In this document: piece after piece, positions 8,202-17,796 of the stretch
Position numbering within the stretch: position 1 is the stretch's first letter
Layout: each line of letters starts with the position of its first letter
From: Chrysochromulina tobinii
Taxonomy: Eukaryota
Length of the DNA: 35,441 nucleotides
Assembly (NCBI GenBank): GCA_001275005.1
Contig: JWZX01003367.1
Span: 1 to 35,441 of the forward strand
Direction: 5' to 3'
The notes under the pieces: generated by a model
Seen by the model: the letters and a program-made list of their open reading frames with translations, nothing else
Told to the model about the DNA's origin: nothing
Databases searched by the model: none
Position numbers and translations under genes: made by a program

Positions 8202-9755
8202 TTACGAGTCGTAGCTATCACCGTACGAGACTGCATTTTCGACTGCGTTCTCGACTGCATAATGATGTTCGACGGCGTTAACGCGACGGCGCTCGAGGAT
8301 CGCGTGCAGGCGTCCAGCGGCCGTGGCGGCCGCGGAGGCGCGTCGATAGCTCGCGTGCTCGCTCCAGTCCTTGGCCATCGTGCAGCCACCCACGACGACC
8401 GCTACCGCGGACATGCTCGTTGCAGGTTCATGTGCAGGGGCAAACAAGAGCGCCGCTGGCGTGCCTGCGGTGCTGGACAGTCTCTCGGTAGGCGTTGGCG
8501 GCGCGGCGGAAGCGGCTGCGGCCGCCGCCATGGCGGCCTCGGCCTGTTCCTTGCCAAGGCTGCTGCGGCGACGGAGGACCGAACCTTCTGACGAACCTTC
8601 CCGGGAGAGGGGCGTGCGCGTCGTCGTGGGCGTCTCCGGCAGGGCGATCGGCGGCGTGGCGAGTGCGCCGCGCTCCATGGCGAGTGTAGCCTCGCACGTG
8701 GCAATCGGCTGCGCGCACCATGGGTGGCGGCGCACCCCTTCCCAGCCGAGCCGTCGGGTAGGCTCGATCGTGAGTAGCCTTCGGATGAGGTCTTTGGCGT
8801 CGGCGGAGACTGATCGCCATGCGGCCACAGGGGCGAAGATGAAGCTGCCCGCGGCAACGCGCTCGAGGATCTGTGCCTCCATTCCCTCGTCCTCGTCGTC
8901 GCCCTCTTCGTCCTCATCATCCACCGACGTAGGATCCAACGCAAACGGCAGCCGGCGCGAGAGCATCACGAAGAGCAGCACGCCGAGGCTCCATAAATCA
9001 GCCTCGGCGCCGTACGCGGCTCCAGTGCCCTCCACATCGCCATATCCCGCCGAGCGCGCCACCTCGGGCGCGCAGTAGGATGCACTCGTGGCCAGCCCAG
9101 TCATCCTCATCGGGCTGGTGCCCACGCTGCTCGGCGGCTGCTGGAAGGCGCTGCCCAAATCGACGAGCTTGTAGGCGTTCTCGAACTCGGCATCCATGGA
9201 GAGGGCCACGAGGTTTTCGGCCTTGAGGTCGCGATGAGCGATACCGACCGAGTGAAGGTGCTCCACTGCCAGCACCACGCGCGCGAAGACTTCGCTTGCT
9301 CCGTCCTCGGTGAGCGCGCCTTCCTCGGTGAGCCGCGCATGCATGTCGCCCCCCGTGAGTGCCTCAGAGACCACAGCGAAAGAAGACGCGTCGCAGATCA
9401 CTTCGACCAGCCTGACGATGTATGGGTGCCTGACGCGCCTGAGTACTTCCACCTCGGTCTTTACAGCCTCGAAGACGTCGTCATCGTCGAGCTCCTCGGT
9501 GTCAAAGACCTTGATGGCCACTTCGCGCGCAAAGTCAATCACGGGCGAATGAGCCCCACCTGGGCTGCTAGGAGTGGCGCGACGTCGCGCGAGGTACACT
9601 TGGGAGGATGCGCCCTGGCCGATCTCCTCGAGAAACTCGTACCGCGTCTCGATGTCGTCCACGTGATGGTCGGCGAGGTCAGTGATGCGCTCGGGGAGCA
9701 TCTCGTCAAGGACCCCGATGCCGACACTTGACTTGTGAACTTCGTTTGCTCGCAT
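8202..9755 (-). CDS. CAMK-group Ser/Thr protein kinase
   Basis: IGQGASSQV, VAIK, HPYIVRL, HRDLKAEN, DLG, YCAPEV, ADLWSLGVLLFVML, SADAKDLIRRLL. Start uncertain (ATG at 9917, 9755 or 9701). Confidence 0.9.
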   Translation of the reverse strand: MRANEVHKSSVGIGVLDEMLPERITDLADHHVDDIETRYEFLEEIGQGASSQVYLARRRATPSSPGGAHSPVIDFAREVAIKVFDTEELDDDDVFEAVKTEVEVLRRVRHPYIVRLVEVICDASSFAVVSEALTGGDMHARLTEEGALTEDGASEVFARVVLAVEHLHSVGIAHRDLKAENLVALSMDAEFENAYKLVDLGSAFQQPPSSVGTSPMRMTGLATSASYCAPEVARSAGYGDVEGTGAAYGAEADLWSLGVLLFVMLSRRLPFALDPTSVDDEDEEGDDEDEGMEAQILERVAAGSFIFAPVAAWRSVSADAKDLIRRLLTIEPTRRLGWEGVRRHPWCAQPIATCEATLAMERGALATPPIALPETPTTTRTPLSREGSSEGSVLRRRSSLGKEQAEAAMAAAAAASAAPPTPTERLSSTAGTPAALLFAPAHEPATSMSAVAVVVGGCTMAKDWSEHASYRRASAAATAAGRLHAILERRRVNAVEHHYAVENAVENAVSYGDSYDS

Positions 9756-10514
9756 TCTCGTCAGAACAATGGTCAGCAGAGCGACGAAACACACATGTTT
9801 CGAGCAGGACCTGGAACGGTTCAAAACCCCGGGGTGAGCCGGGACAGGATCGGTGGGTCTAGCTGCAGGTGGAGCTGAGAAGGAAAGTGTTTTGGGGGTC
9901 GAGTACGCATTCGGCATTGTTCATTCAATCATTGTAAACAGGTGAGTAAGTTCAACGAACCCGGACTTTCGCTTTGAAAAAAACAGATCCAGTACGCAGT
10001 AGCGAAGCTATACGCTGAAATGATCTGTACAGGTACTTTCGTTTGTGTCGCAAACATACTTTCCCGCGGGCGCCGGGGGGAGTCGCGCTCTGGCACGACT
10101 CGCGCGCTCGAGCAGCGCTGCTCTCGTCGCCCCCCCCCGCCCCTAGGAACCTCCCATGAGATTTTCGGGATCTCTGCCCGCTGCCTCACACGGCCCAAGC
10201 ACAGGCCACAGCTCATCAGCTACAATATCGACATCTCGGAGTCGTCAACATCCGATTGCTCTCATCATGATCATCGCCACACGCCAGCGCTCACGAGCTC
10301 GCGTGGCCATCTCGTCGCTCATCGGCATGCCCCATCACCACCTACCTCCGATCCGCCCGGTCGCTAGTACCCGGTCGCGCAGCTGCCTTCATGATCGACG
10401 GTAGCGCGGCAGACCCCAGGCGTAGGCCAGCATGCTCCGGACGGCACACAGTCACTGTTCACAGCCATCTCACGCGAGCGCGTGGACGCCCCTCAGGGCC
10501 GCTCGTCGTTCCTC

Positions 10515-12629
10515 TCAGAAGGCGGTGAGCACATCGCAGAAGGCCCCCAACGGCGACATTTCGCCAACCGTGGGCGAGGTACCATCCGCCTTGCCAGACT
10601 CGCCCACCTGTACCGGCGCCGGCATGGAGGCAGCAGGCGGCGTCTTGCCCATCGGTCCGATGGAGCCAATGGAGAGGCGCCTCTCGTCGGTCGGGTCCGC
10701 CAAGGTGTAGAAGTCGAGGATGGTGCCCGCGGACAGCCGCTTCTCCTCCCCCTCGCCGCTTTCGCGGCGCTGGCTCGGGATCTCGAGGCCAGCCTCCATG
10801 GCCGCCATCGCCGCTGCGGGCGCACCGCCTTCGGCCCATCTCGCCGCCTCCGCCTTGGCCTTGGCCTTGCCGCCGCCGTGGGGCATAGGAGGCGGTGGCC
10901 CCATCGCACCGCCCGCGCTCGGGTGGCCGCTGCTCGCGCCCGAAAAATACGCGCCGCTGAAGTCGAAGGGGGAGGCCCCCACGGTCGCGGCCTCCTCCTT
11001 GGCCACCACGGGTCCCGTAATGCCATTCTCCTCGAGCAGCATCATGATCTGCGAGGAGGGCGAGATGTCCTCGGTAGGCGGCTGCTGCGCATGGGGCGGC
11101 GGCGGCGACACGTGGTTAAGCAGCAGCTCCTGCAGCGCCGAGAAGGTCGGGTCATCGCCGACAGGCACGTGCGATGCGAGCAGTGCGGCGAGCGCGGGCG
11201 GCGACACGCCATTGGGCGGCGAGAAGCCCGCCATGCGCAGGTTCTCATCGAATTGGGAGGGGAAGTTGAAGAAGGCGTTCTTGGCGCTTGGCTTCTTGGG
11301 CGACTTGCGCGGCGATTTGACCGGCTTGGAAATGGGCGGCGGCATCTCAGTGGCGTCTTTCGCCGCCTTAGCCTCCTTGGCGGCAGCCTTGGCCGCTGCC
11401 GCCGCCTCCTTGGCTGCAGCCTTGGCCGCCTTCTCGGCCGCCTTGACCTCCCGCTCCGCCGCCTTGGCCTCCTTGGACAGGGCAGTGGCAGATGGCTGGG
11501 CGGACGCAGGCGTGACCAACGTAGGAGCCGCAGTTGGCACGTCCACCTCCATCGACCTTGCCGTGCCGACTACGTCGGCAGACGCAACCGACGCGGGCGC
11601 AAGCACCGACGGCGCCACAGGCGGCATCGACTCTGACCCGGCGGAGCCCGCACCGCTGACTGACGAGACGACGGGCTCGGGCGCGGCGCCCTCGGCAGCG
11701 TCCTCGCGCTTGCGCTTCACCGGCTTCGGGAGCGGAAGCGCGACGGCCATAACCTCGGTGGGCACGGCCACGGCCGTCGTGGTGAGCGTGCCAGCCGGGA
11801 GCGCGACGGCAATCGCTGCGGCCGTGCTTGCGAGCATGATCGCATTCGCCGGCTGCAGCACTACCCGCTGCGGCTTGGGCGGCGATTCGCCGCCATTCTT
11901 GAGCTTGTCGAGGCGCTTCTGTCGACGCATGGCTGAGTTGTACCGATTCCTGATCGCATTGTCCGTGCGCCCGGGCATGAGCTTGACGATCTTGGACCAG
12001 CGCGTGCCGTAGCGCGCGACCGACTCCATGATCACGCGATCCTCTTCCGCCGTCCATGCGCCCTTCTTCACCTCAGGGCACAAGTGGTTGAACCAGCTGC
12101 GAGGCGAGACAAGGGACAGCCTCAGCGCAAGGCGTGCACGAGGCGAGCAAGAGGATGCTTGCGCGGTACTCACAATGCGCCTGGGTGAGTGTGAGAGGGT
12201 GTGCGCGCACCGCTCGCGGCATTGTTTGCCCGCGCGGCCCGGAAGCTGCGCTGCCACGCTCGACCAGCGCTGTGCGCCGTTGCGCGTCACGATCTCGGTG
12301 AGAATATGGTCTTCAGCCTTTGTCCACGACTTCTTGCTGATGCCGCACTTGCTCGTGCCAATGCGCTGCCGAGGCTCGGCGCCAGGGGCTAGTGGCTCGA
12401 GGCCGTGTAGTGCGCCATACATCTCGAGTCCGCATTTGTCCTCATCCCCATCGCTGTCGTCGTCGTCATCGTCATCATCATCGTCGTCATTCTCCTCGGT
12501 CGAGTCAGGCTCATCGATGAGCGCCGGCTCCTCCGACGGCGCCGAAAACACGACCACTTGCGCCGCCGAGGGCGCACCGTCGACAGTGGGCGTGGCCAGA
12601 AGCGTAACAGGGACGGCAACGTCGGCCAT
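10515..12629 (-). CDS. Two-repeat (R2R3-type) MYB transcription factor; join(12211..12629,10515..12096)
   Basis: SWTKAEDHIL...RWSSVAAQLPGRAGKQCRER|WFNHLCPEVKKGAWTAEEDRVI...GTRWSKIVKLMPGRTDNAIRNRYN. The 38-aa interruption in the ORF-track protein is a 114-nt GTGCGC...CGCAG intron (12097..12210). Confidence 0.93.
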   Translation of the reverse strand: MADVAVPVTLLATPTVDGAPSAAQVVVFSAPSEEPALIDEPDSTEENDDDDDDDDDDDSDGDEDKCGLEMYGALHGLEPLAPGAEPRQRIGTSKCGISKKSWTKAEDHILTEIVTRNGAQRWSSVAAQLPGRAGKQCRERCAHTLSHSPRRIVSTAQASSCSPRARLALRLSLVSPRSWFNHLCPEVKKGAWTAEEDRVIMESVARYGTRWSKIVKLMPGRTDNAIRNRYNSAMRRQKRLDKLKNGGESPPKPQRVVLQPANAIMLASTAAAIAVALPAGTLTTTAVAVPTEVMAVALPLPKPVKRKREDAAEGAAPEPVVSSVSGAGSAGSESMPPVAPSVLAPASVASADVVGTARSMEVDVPTAAPTLVTPASAQPSATALSKEAKAAEREVKAAEKAAKAAAKEAAAAAKAAAKEAKAAKDATEMPPPISKPVKSPRKSPKKPSAKNAFFNFPSQFDENLRMAGFSPPNGVSPPALAALLASHVPVGDDPTFSALQELLLNHVSPPPPHAQQPPTEDISPSSQIMMLLEENGITGPVVAKEEAATVGASPFDFSGAYFSGASSGHPSAGGAMGPPPPMPHGGGKAKAKAEAARWAEGGAPAAAMAAMEAGLEIPSQRRESGEGEEKRLSAGTILDFYTLADPTDERRLSIGSIGPMGKTPPAASMPAPVQVGESGKADGTSPTVGEMSPLGAFCDVLTAF

Positions 12630-12731
12630 GATCGCTGGTCAAAGACGTGTCGGAGGGGCCTTTGTATTCAAGAAACCGCGGCGGCAACCAAAGGAGACCG
12701 CCTTTTTCCCAAAACGGTGACCAGGTGGCGC

Positions 12732-12747
12732 GGTCACGTACGTGACC
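12732..12747. promoter_or_regulatory. Perfect 16-bp palindrome GGTCACGTACGTGACC in the MYB/methyltransferase divergent promoter
   Basis: Read directly; ~100 nt upstream of the MYB ATG. Contains tandem ACGT cores. Confidence 0.35.
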
Positions 12748-12925
12748 TTACAAGTACTTCGCCTACTCGCGTACGCGCGCGCGCCAGAATCCCCGGCGCC
12801 ACCGACGACACGCGGTACGGGGTCCCCCCGAAGCTCGCCTCACGCACCACGTTGCGAACATCTCCAGCATTGTCACATCTCGTTTCACTCAAAAACGGGT
12901 GGCGCGTGTATGGGGTGCCGGGCGG

Positions 12926-12958
12926 CGCGTTTCACGGAATGAAGCGAGTGTGAACGTG
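12926..12958 (+). repeat. Dispersed intergenic repeat, copy A
   Basis: CGCGTTTCAC + GAATGAAGCGAGTGTGAACGTG; both blocks recur at 16383..16419. Confidence 0.8.
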
Positions 12959-13003
12959 CGTGGAGTTTTTGCCCATGGGAATCGAACGAAACCTTGAGGT
13001 CGC

Positions 13004-14453
13004 ATGTGCGCTGAGCCGTCGGCTTACCGCGAGCGAGTTACCACATGGTTGCAACATGCGGAGCCTGGCTATTGCAACGCCACGCAATTCACTGATGAGC
13101 CATCTCTCGAGCGCACCTGTCTCCATGGCAAGAGCGGCGCGTGGAGACTAAGCCTGCCGCAGGCCCGCACGTGGGAAGATGCTCTGACAACTTGCCAGCA
13201 GCGGTGCGAGATGTGCCAAGGATGCAATTTCATGTCCGTATCTCGCGAGGAGCGCGATTGCTCATGGTTCCGGAATTGCGACGTCACAAACTTGCATCGT
13301 AGTCAACCAACCGAAAAGGTAGCGCAGAGCTTTCGCACGGCACCTTCTGGGAAACGACACCTTCCATCATCGAATGCGGACGTCGCGCCCATGCGCGGCA
13401 TCGCGCACAAGCACTCGCGCACGTGCTGGGCGCTCGGCGGTGGCTTCTGGGTGCCCAGTGGGCCGCTGCGTACCAGTTCGCTCAGATTTCTCGAGACGGG
13501 AGATCTGTACCAATTCGGAGTGGCCGAGGGCTATAGTTTGCACAGCCTGCTCCAGATCTTCACAAAGACGCGCGCCTGGGCCTTCGACACCTACGAGGGG
13601 ATGCCGCTGCCCGAGAGCGGCGAGCCAACCTTTCAAACGACCTGGCGGCGCGGCCAATTCGCAGGCTCCGAGAAACTGCCCCTCCTCGCCAACCATTTGA
13701 GGAGCCGTGTGCAGGTGATGTCCACGATGACGTCGTCCACATGGAGTGCCGCTGAGTGCCACTGAGTGCCACGAGTGCCACGAGTGCCACTGAGTGGTAT
13801 TGATGAGCTCCTGATGGCCATCTCAAGCGTCGCGTGCAGGCCATCAAGGGTCGCTTCCAGGACTCCCTCGTGCCTGGGCTAGCGGCGCTGAGGGGCATGG
13901 GGCCGGCACTGTACGTGGACATCGACGCGGATCTCTTTAGCTCAACTTGGACAGCGTTGGATTGGCTTTTTCGCGAAGGTCTTATGAAGCCAGGCACCGT
14001 CATCGGATATGTACACTACCTGCACTGCCTGCCCGCCTGAGTCACGCAGGTGCACATTCACACCGACACGTCCGCATTCACACGTTGCATGTCCGATTCT
14101 CATTCTCCTTGGCTCAGGATGACTTTTGGGATTTGGCATGCAAGCACAAATCACCTCACATTGAGCGCTACGGGGAGGCTCGTGCGCACGCCAAAATCGC
14201 GGCCAAGCATCTAGTGACATTTGCATGCATCTGTGGACCGTGTGGGCCGCTGCCGCCGCGAGGAGATGCCCCGAGCGCAATGCTCCCGTGGGGGTGGCGA
14301 ACCTACTTTGTCGTGGTGAGCATAGGCACACAGGCGTCCTCCGGCTTGACGATATCGATGGCCGATGCCAATGAGTTCATTCATTACAGCCCAACGTGCC
14401 GAGGGCTGTGGGATCGGAACTCGAGCCACTGGCTGGGGCTCAGCCGGCGATGA
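13004..14453 (+). CDS. Cys-rich (PAN/apple-like) module fused to a TylF/MycF-like class I SAM methyltransferase; join(13004..13714,13840..14010,14118..14453)
   Basis: GDLYQFGVAEGYS, WAFDTYEGMP, AIKGRFQDSL, ALYVDIDADLFSST and, after splicing, PGTVIGY|DDFW are TylF-family motifs. Two GT-AG introns (13715..13839, 14011..14117) join the three ORF-track pieces in frame. N-terminal GYCNAT...CQQRCEMCQGCNFMSVS...DCSWFRNC. The 5' end is uncertain. Confidence 0.8.
13744..13797. repeat. Intronic 9-10 bp tandem repeat (GAGTGCCAC[T]) x ~5.5
   Basis: gagtgccgct gagtgccact gagtgccac gagtgccac gagtgccact gagtgg, inside intron 13715..13839. Confidence 0.9.
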
Positions 14454-15184
14454 GGTCACTTCTAACTTTCACTACGGAGTAGTGTACAGTGTACAGACTA
14501 CAGTACAGGATACTTAGGCTCGATTTCTGACTCGAAGTCTGGACTGTTCGAGTAAGAAATTTGCGGAAAGGGGCTATTTTTCGTCCGGTCCAAGGTGTGC
14601 GTGTGCGGTGAAGGTGAACGGAAACGGGACGGCGGTCCGGGGCGGATCGTCGCACCCCGCCAGCAGCACGTGTATTCTGTATACGGGCAAGAACGGGGTG
14701 AAAAGAAAGTTACGTATGCGCCGCGCCGCCGCGGTCAGGCGGTACCGCCGAAAGATCCGGTCCGGAATCATCTTCACGGAATGCGTTATCGTGAAATTCC
14801 CTAGCTCACTTGTGGAGCCCTTCCTAAGCGGGGGTTCCGTTCGTACGCGACGGTTCGACGACGAAACGAAAGTCTACCACACCCGCACCCTCTGTCATTC
14901 CGATCCGCGGACGAAACATCGCCCCTTACATGTAGATCGCCCCTCTGCTGCCGCATTCTGCTGCCGCATTCTTCTGCCGCACTGCGTCTCTGCGTACTGC
15001 GACCCAAAACACTCTACCAGGCCGTGTGTCAGACACTCCTCAGAAGAGTGACGCTCAGACGCTGCCGGCCGGCGGACGCCGCGTCTCCGATGAACCTCCG
15101 TGTACCCCTTCATGGTGGTCGGCGGCGAATCATTCTCATAATCATTGAGGAATCAAGGCCCCGAAGCTAGTACGAGCTAGCTAG

Positions 15185-15916
15185 CTAGGAGAAGCGAACC
15201 TTAGTCGGCGACTTGGACGGGGACCCGAATCGTCCGCGCGTGGGTGAAGTGGCTGGGCGAGTGGCTCGGCGAAGAGCATTCTCACGATGCAGGTCGACGG
15301 CTGATGAGGGGCGGTGGTCGGTGCTGAAGAAGCGCGCGAACTCGTCCAAGCGGACTGTGCCGTCGCCGCTCGTGTCCATCAGCTCCGCCAGCCGGTTCAT
15401 CTGCGCATCTGGGATGTGCTCGAGGTTGAACATCCGCGTCAGGCCTTCGCGAACCTCCTTGACGTCGCACGAATTGGACTTGTCGACGTCCATGAGGCGG
15501 AAGGCGCGGCCCATGGACTTGAAGCGCGTGTGCAGCTTGTCCTTGAGTTGCTCGTGGTGCATTGCCAGGGAATTGGACATCGCGATGATCTCGGGCCGCT
15601 GCGCTTTCGCGTCGTCGAGGTACGGGGTGAGGGCCAAGACCTGCGTGCGTGACGTACGGTCACGTTCGGACTCCTCCTCACGGAAGGGCACGCGGGCCTG
15701 CTTCTCAAAGCGAAGGCGGGAGCGCTCTAGTGCCCGCTCTCTAGGCGAGGACGGCGTGAGCACGTGCTGCGGGGAGTCTCCTTTGTACGACTGGGCGCTT
15801 GTGGTTGTGTGCCGCTTGTGTACGGGCAAGTTCTGAAACTGCAGCTTCGCCGCGGCGAGCTCAGCGATTGCGTTGGGCACGTGCCGCGGGGATAGCGCAT
15901 TTCTCGGCGAGTGCAT
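15185..15916 (-). CDS. EF-hand pair calcium-binding protein
   Basis: AFRLMDVDKSNSCDVKEV and ELMDTSGDGTVRLDEFARFF EF-hand loops; SP-rich disordered termini. Confidence 0.85.
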   Translation of the reverse strand: MHSPRNALSPRHVPNAIAELAAAKLQFQNLPVHKRHTTTSAQSYKGDSPQHVLTPSSPRERALERSRLRFEKQARVPFREEESERDRTSRTQVLALTPYLDDAKAQRPEIIAMSNSLAMHHEQLKDKLHTRFKSMGRAFRLMDVDKSNSCDVKEVREGLTRMFNLEHIPDAQMNRLAELMDTSGDGTVRLDEFARFFSTDHRPSSAVDLHRENALRRATRPATSPTRGRFGSPSKSPTKVRFS

Positions 15917-16382
15917 ATGTGGGGGACGGCTGGAGTCTTGGCGAGGGCGAGTTCATCCCAAAGCTGTTGAGCGCTCTGGACGGGCGAGAAAAAGTGTGTT
16001 TCGCTTTGAGTATAGGCGCTCGGTTTTGTGTTTTGTCTTCGAGTGCATGCAAAATGCAAAGTGCGGTAAACCGTGCAGAATACCACACGATCACATTGAG
16101 GAGCCGACATGACGAAAGACGTCTGAAAAACCGCCAGATTCTCACTCAGGGCCCTTCTCAGCTCGCCGCACTCATTCTCTCTCTCATTTGGTTGTTTCTC
16201 CGCTCGCTCCGTCTGCATGTCCATGTGTCTCATTCCGCGGGTCCTTCGCAGCATATCGCCACGGCTGTGAATGTAAGAAATTCCTACCGACGTTGTGTCT
16301 TGTGTGTTTGGCGCCTCAGAATGAACACCCCCTGGCGCCTCAAAACCGTGTCTGTGCGGGTGTCTGTGAGCGCGGTGTTCTA

Positions 16383-16419
16383 CGCGTTTCACCTCAAGAA
16401 TGAAGCGAGTGTGAACGTG
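16383..16419 (+). repeat. Dispersed intergenic repeat, copy B
   Basis: CGCGTTTCAC(ctcaa)GAATGAAGCGAGTGTGAACGTG; the 22-nt block is identical to 12937..12958. Confidence 0.8.
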
Positions 16420-16593
16420 TGCGAGGTGTTGCTCTTCACGTGTGCGCGTTTTCGTCTACGTGTTGGTGTGAAAAGAGAGTGTGAGAGAAAGAACAGGGTA
16501 CGCCCGTCCGTCCGATGGCTCGCTTTCCTCGCACGCACGCTCGCTCGCTCGCGCGCGCTACAGGATTCCAGTAGTCTCCAGTAGTCTCGAGAC

Positions 16594-17520
16594 ATGTTCA
16601 CTCTCGTAAGCGAATCGTTCTCGACCTCCACCTCCGAACCGGCCCCACCACCACTCTCACCGGCCAACCCACACCTGGTCTTCTTCCGAGGCACGCCCTC
16701 AACAGCGAACCCGCACATCCTGCTGCGCCTCGCTCAACGCAAAGCAGCTCCACCACCGCCGAAGCTGCCGTCGCCGCCGTTTCTATCTGCCGCCACCGAC
16801 CCAGGCCTCACCGAGCTGCGAGCGATGCTGTCGCCGGCGCAGGCAGCTTGCAGCCACTGCACCGACGAGACGCTGCAGCGCTACCTGCACGCGTATCCCA
16901 AGAAGGAACGTGCCTACTCGGCGCTGTCGGCGACACTTGAGTGGCGCGCGGAGCGCGGGTACGACGCGCCCAGCCCGCCGCGAACATGCCACTACTGTGC
17001 AGAAGAGCCCAATCATGCATGCTTCTTCTCGCTCGGCCAGGATGCCAAGCGAGGCTGGGAGGTGTTTTACTCGTGCCCGCCGCGCAGCATTCACATGGAC
17101 GTGGAGAAATTGGCCCATCACACCTTTTTGCAGCTCGAGCGTGCTCTCGAGCGCTCGCCTAAATATGTCCTGCTTGTCGACCTTCACGGGATGGGCATGC
17201 GCGACCTCGACCCGCGCACGGCCGTGGGCGTCTTGCGAGCGCTGCTCAGCCACTATCCCGGGCGCCTCGGCCAGGGCTTGCTGCTCGACATGCCGTGGCT
17301 CTTCACGTGGGAGCTCCTTAGGAAGGTTATGAATGAGGAGACAGCGGCCAAGGTACTCATGCTGAGTGGAACGGCGAGCCATTCGTACTTTGACGAATGG
17401 CTGACGCCGGCGCAGGCGACCTTTATGAAGGAGGTGCTCGAGATGCCCGGCACGCCCGGCTCCTTCCCGAAGTCGATCGAGGCGCTGCGGGTGCCGAATG
17501 GGACCAGGCATGTCGAGTGA
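16594..17520 (+). CDS. CRAL-TRIO (Sec14-like) lipid-binding protein
   Basis: TDETLQRYLHA...TLEWR (CRAL-TRIO N), LVDLHGMG, HYPGRLGQGLLLDMPWLF, ETAAKV. Confidence 0.9.
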   Translation: MFTLVSESFSTSTSEPAPPPLSPANPHLVFFRGTPSTANPHILLRLAQRKAAPPPPKLPSPPFLSAATDPGLTELRAMLSPAQAACSHCTDETLQRYLHAYPKKERAYSALSATLEWRAERGYDAPSPPRTCHYCAEEPNHACFFSLGQDAKRGWEVFYSCPPRSIHMDVEKLAHHTFLQLERALERSPKYVLLVDLHGMGMRDLDPRTAVGVLRALLSHYPGRLGQGLLLDMPWLFTWELLRKVMNEETAAKVLMLSGTASHSYFDEWLTPAQATFMKEVLEMPGTPGSFPKSIEALRVPNGTRHVE

Positions 17521-17796
17521 TGATAAGTCGCGCGGATCATGGATCCGCGCCCGTCCCCTGTCAGCGAGTCAGACGAGGACGACTTTTCGAGATGATCCCC
17601 CTGGCCTTGTTCGACGCCGTCTCAGTTTGGACTGTTTGCCGCGCTGGTTGGGAGGGTCGCTGTGGTTGGGAGGGTCGCGGTGCGTCTCGATTCTCAGTGA
17701 TAGTTTCTCGCGCGGCGTGTTCGCTCTCACGCGTACTAAGTTTTCACTGAACTCTATCAGCTACTCACTCTACATGAAGTTGTCTCAGCTCCAACG

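Noticed and set aside
14454..15184. ORFs and short palindromes in the convergent intergenic gap, including TCCGGAATCATCT (14761) matching the 25.2-kb minisatellite unit
   Set aside because: No protein motif, no TIR/TSD pair, and a single 13-nt match is too little to call an element.
15727..16718. 221-aa, 261-aa and 109-aa ORFs between the EF-hand and CRAL-TRIO genes
   Set aside because: Composition and codon usage are unlike the genuine genes; the region is better explained as a divergent promoter.
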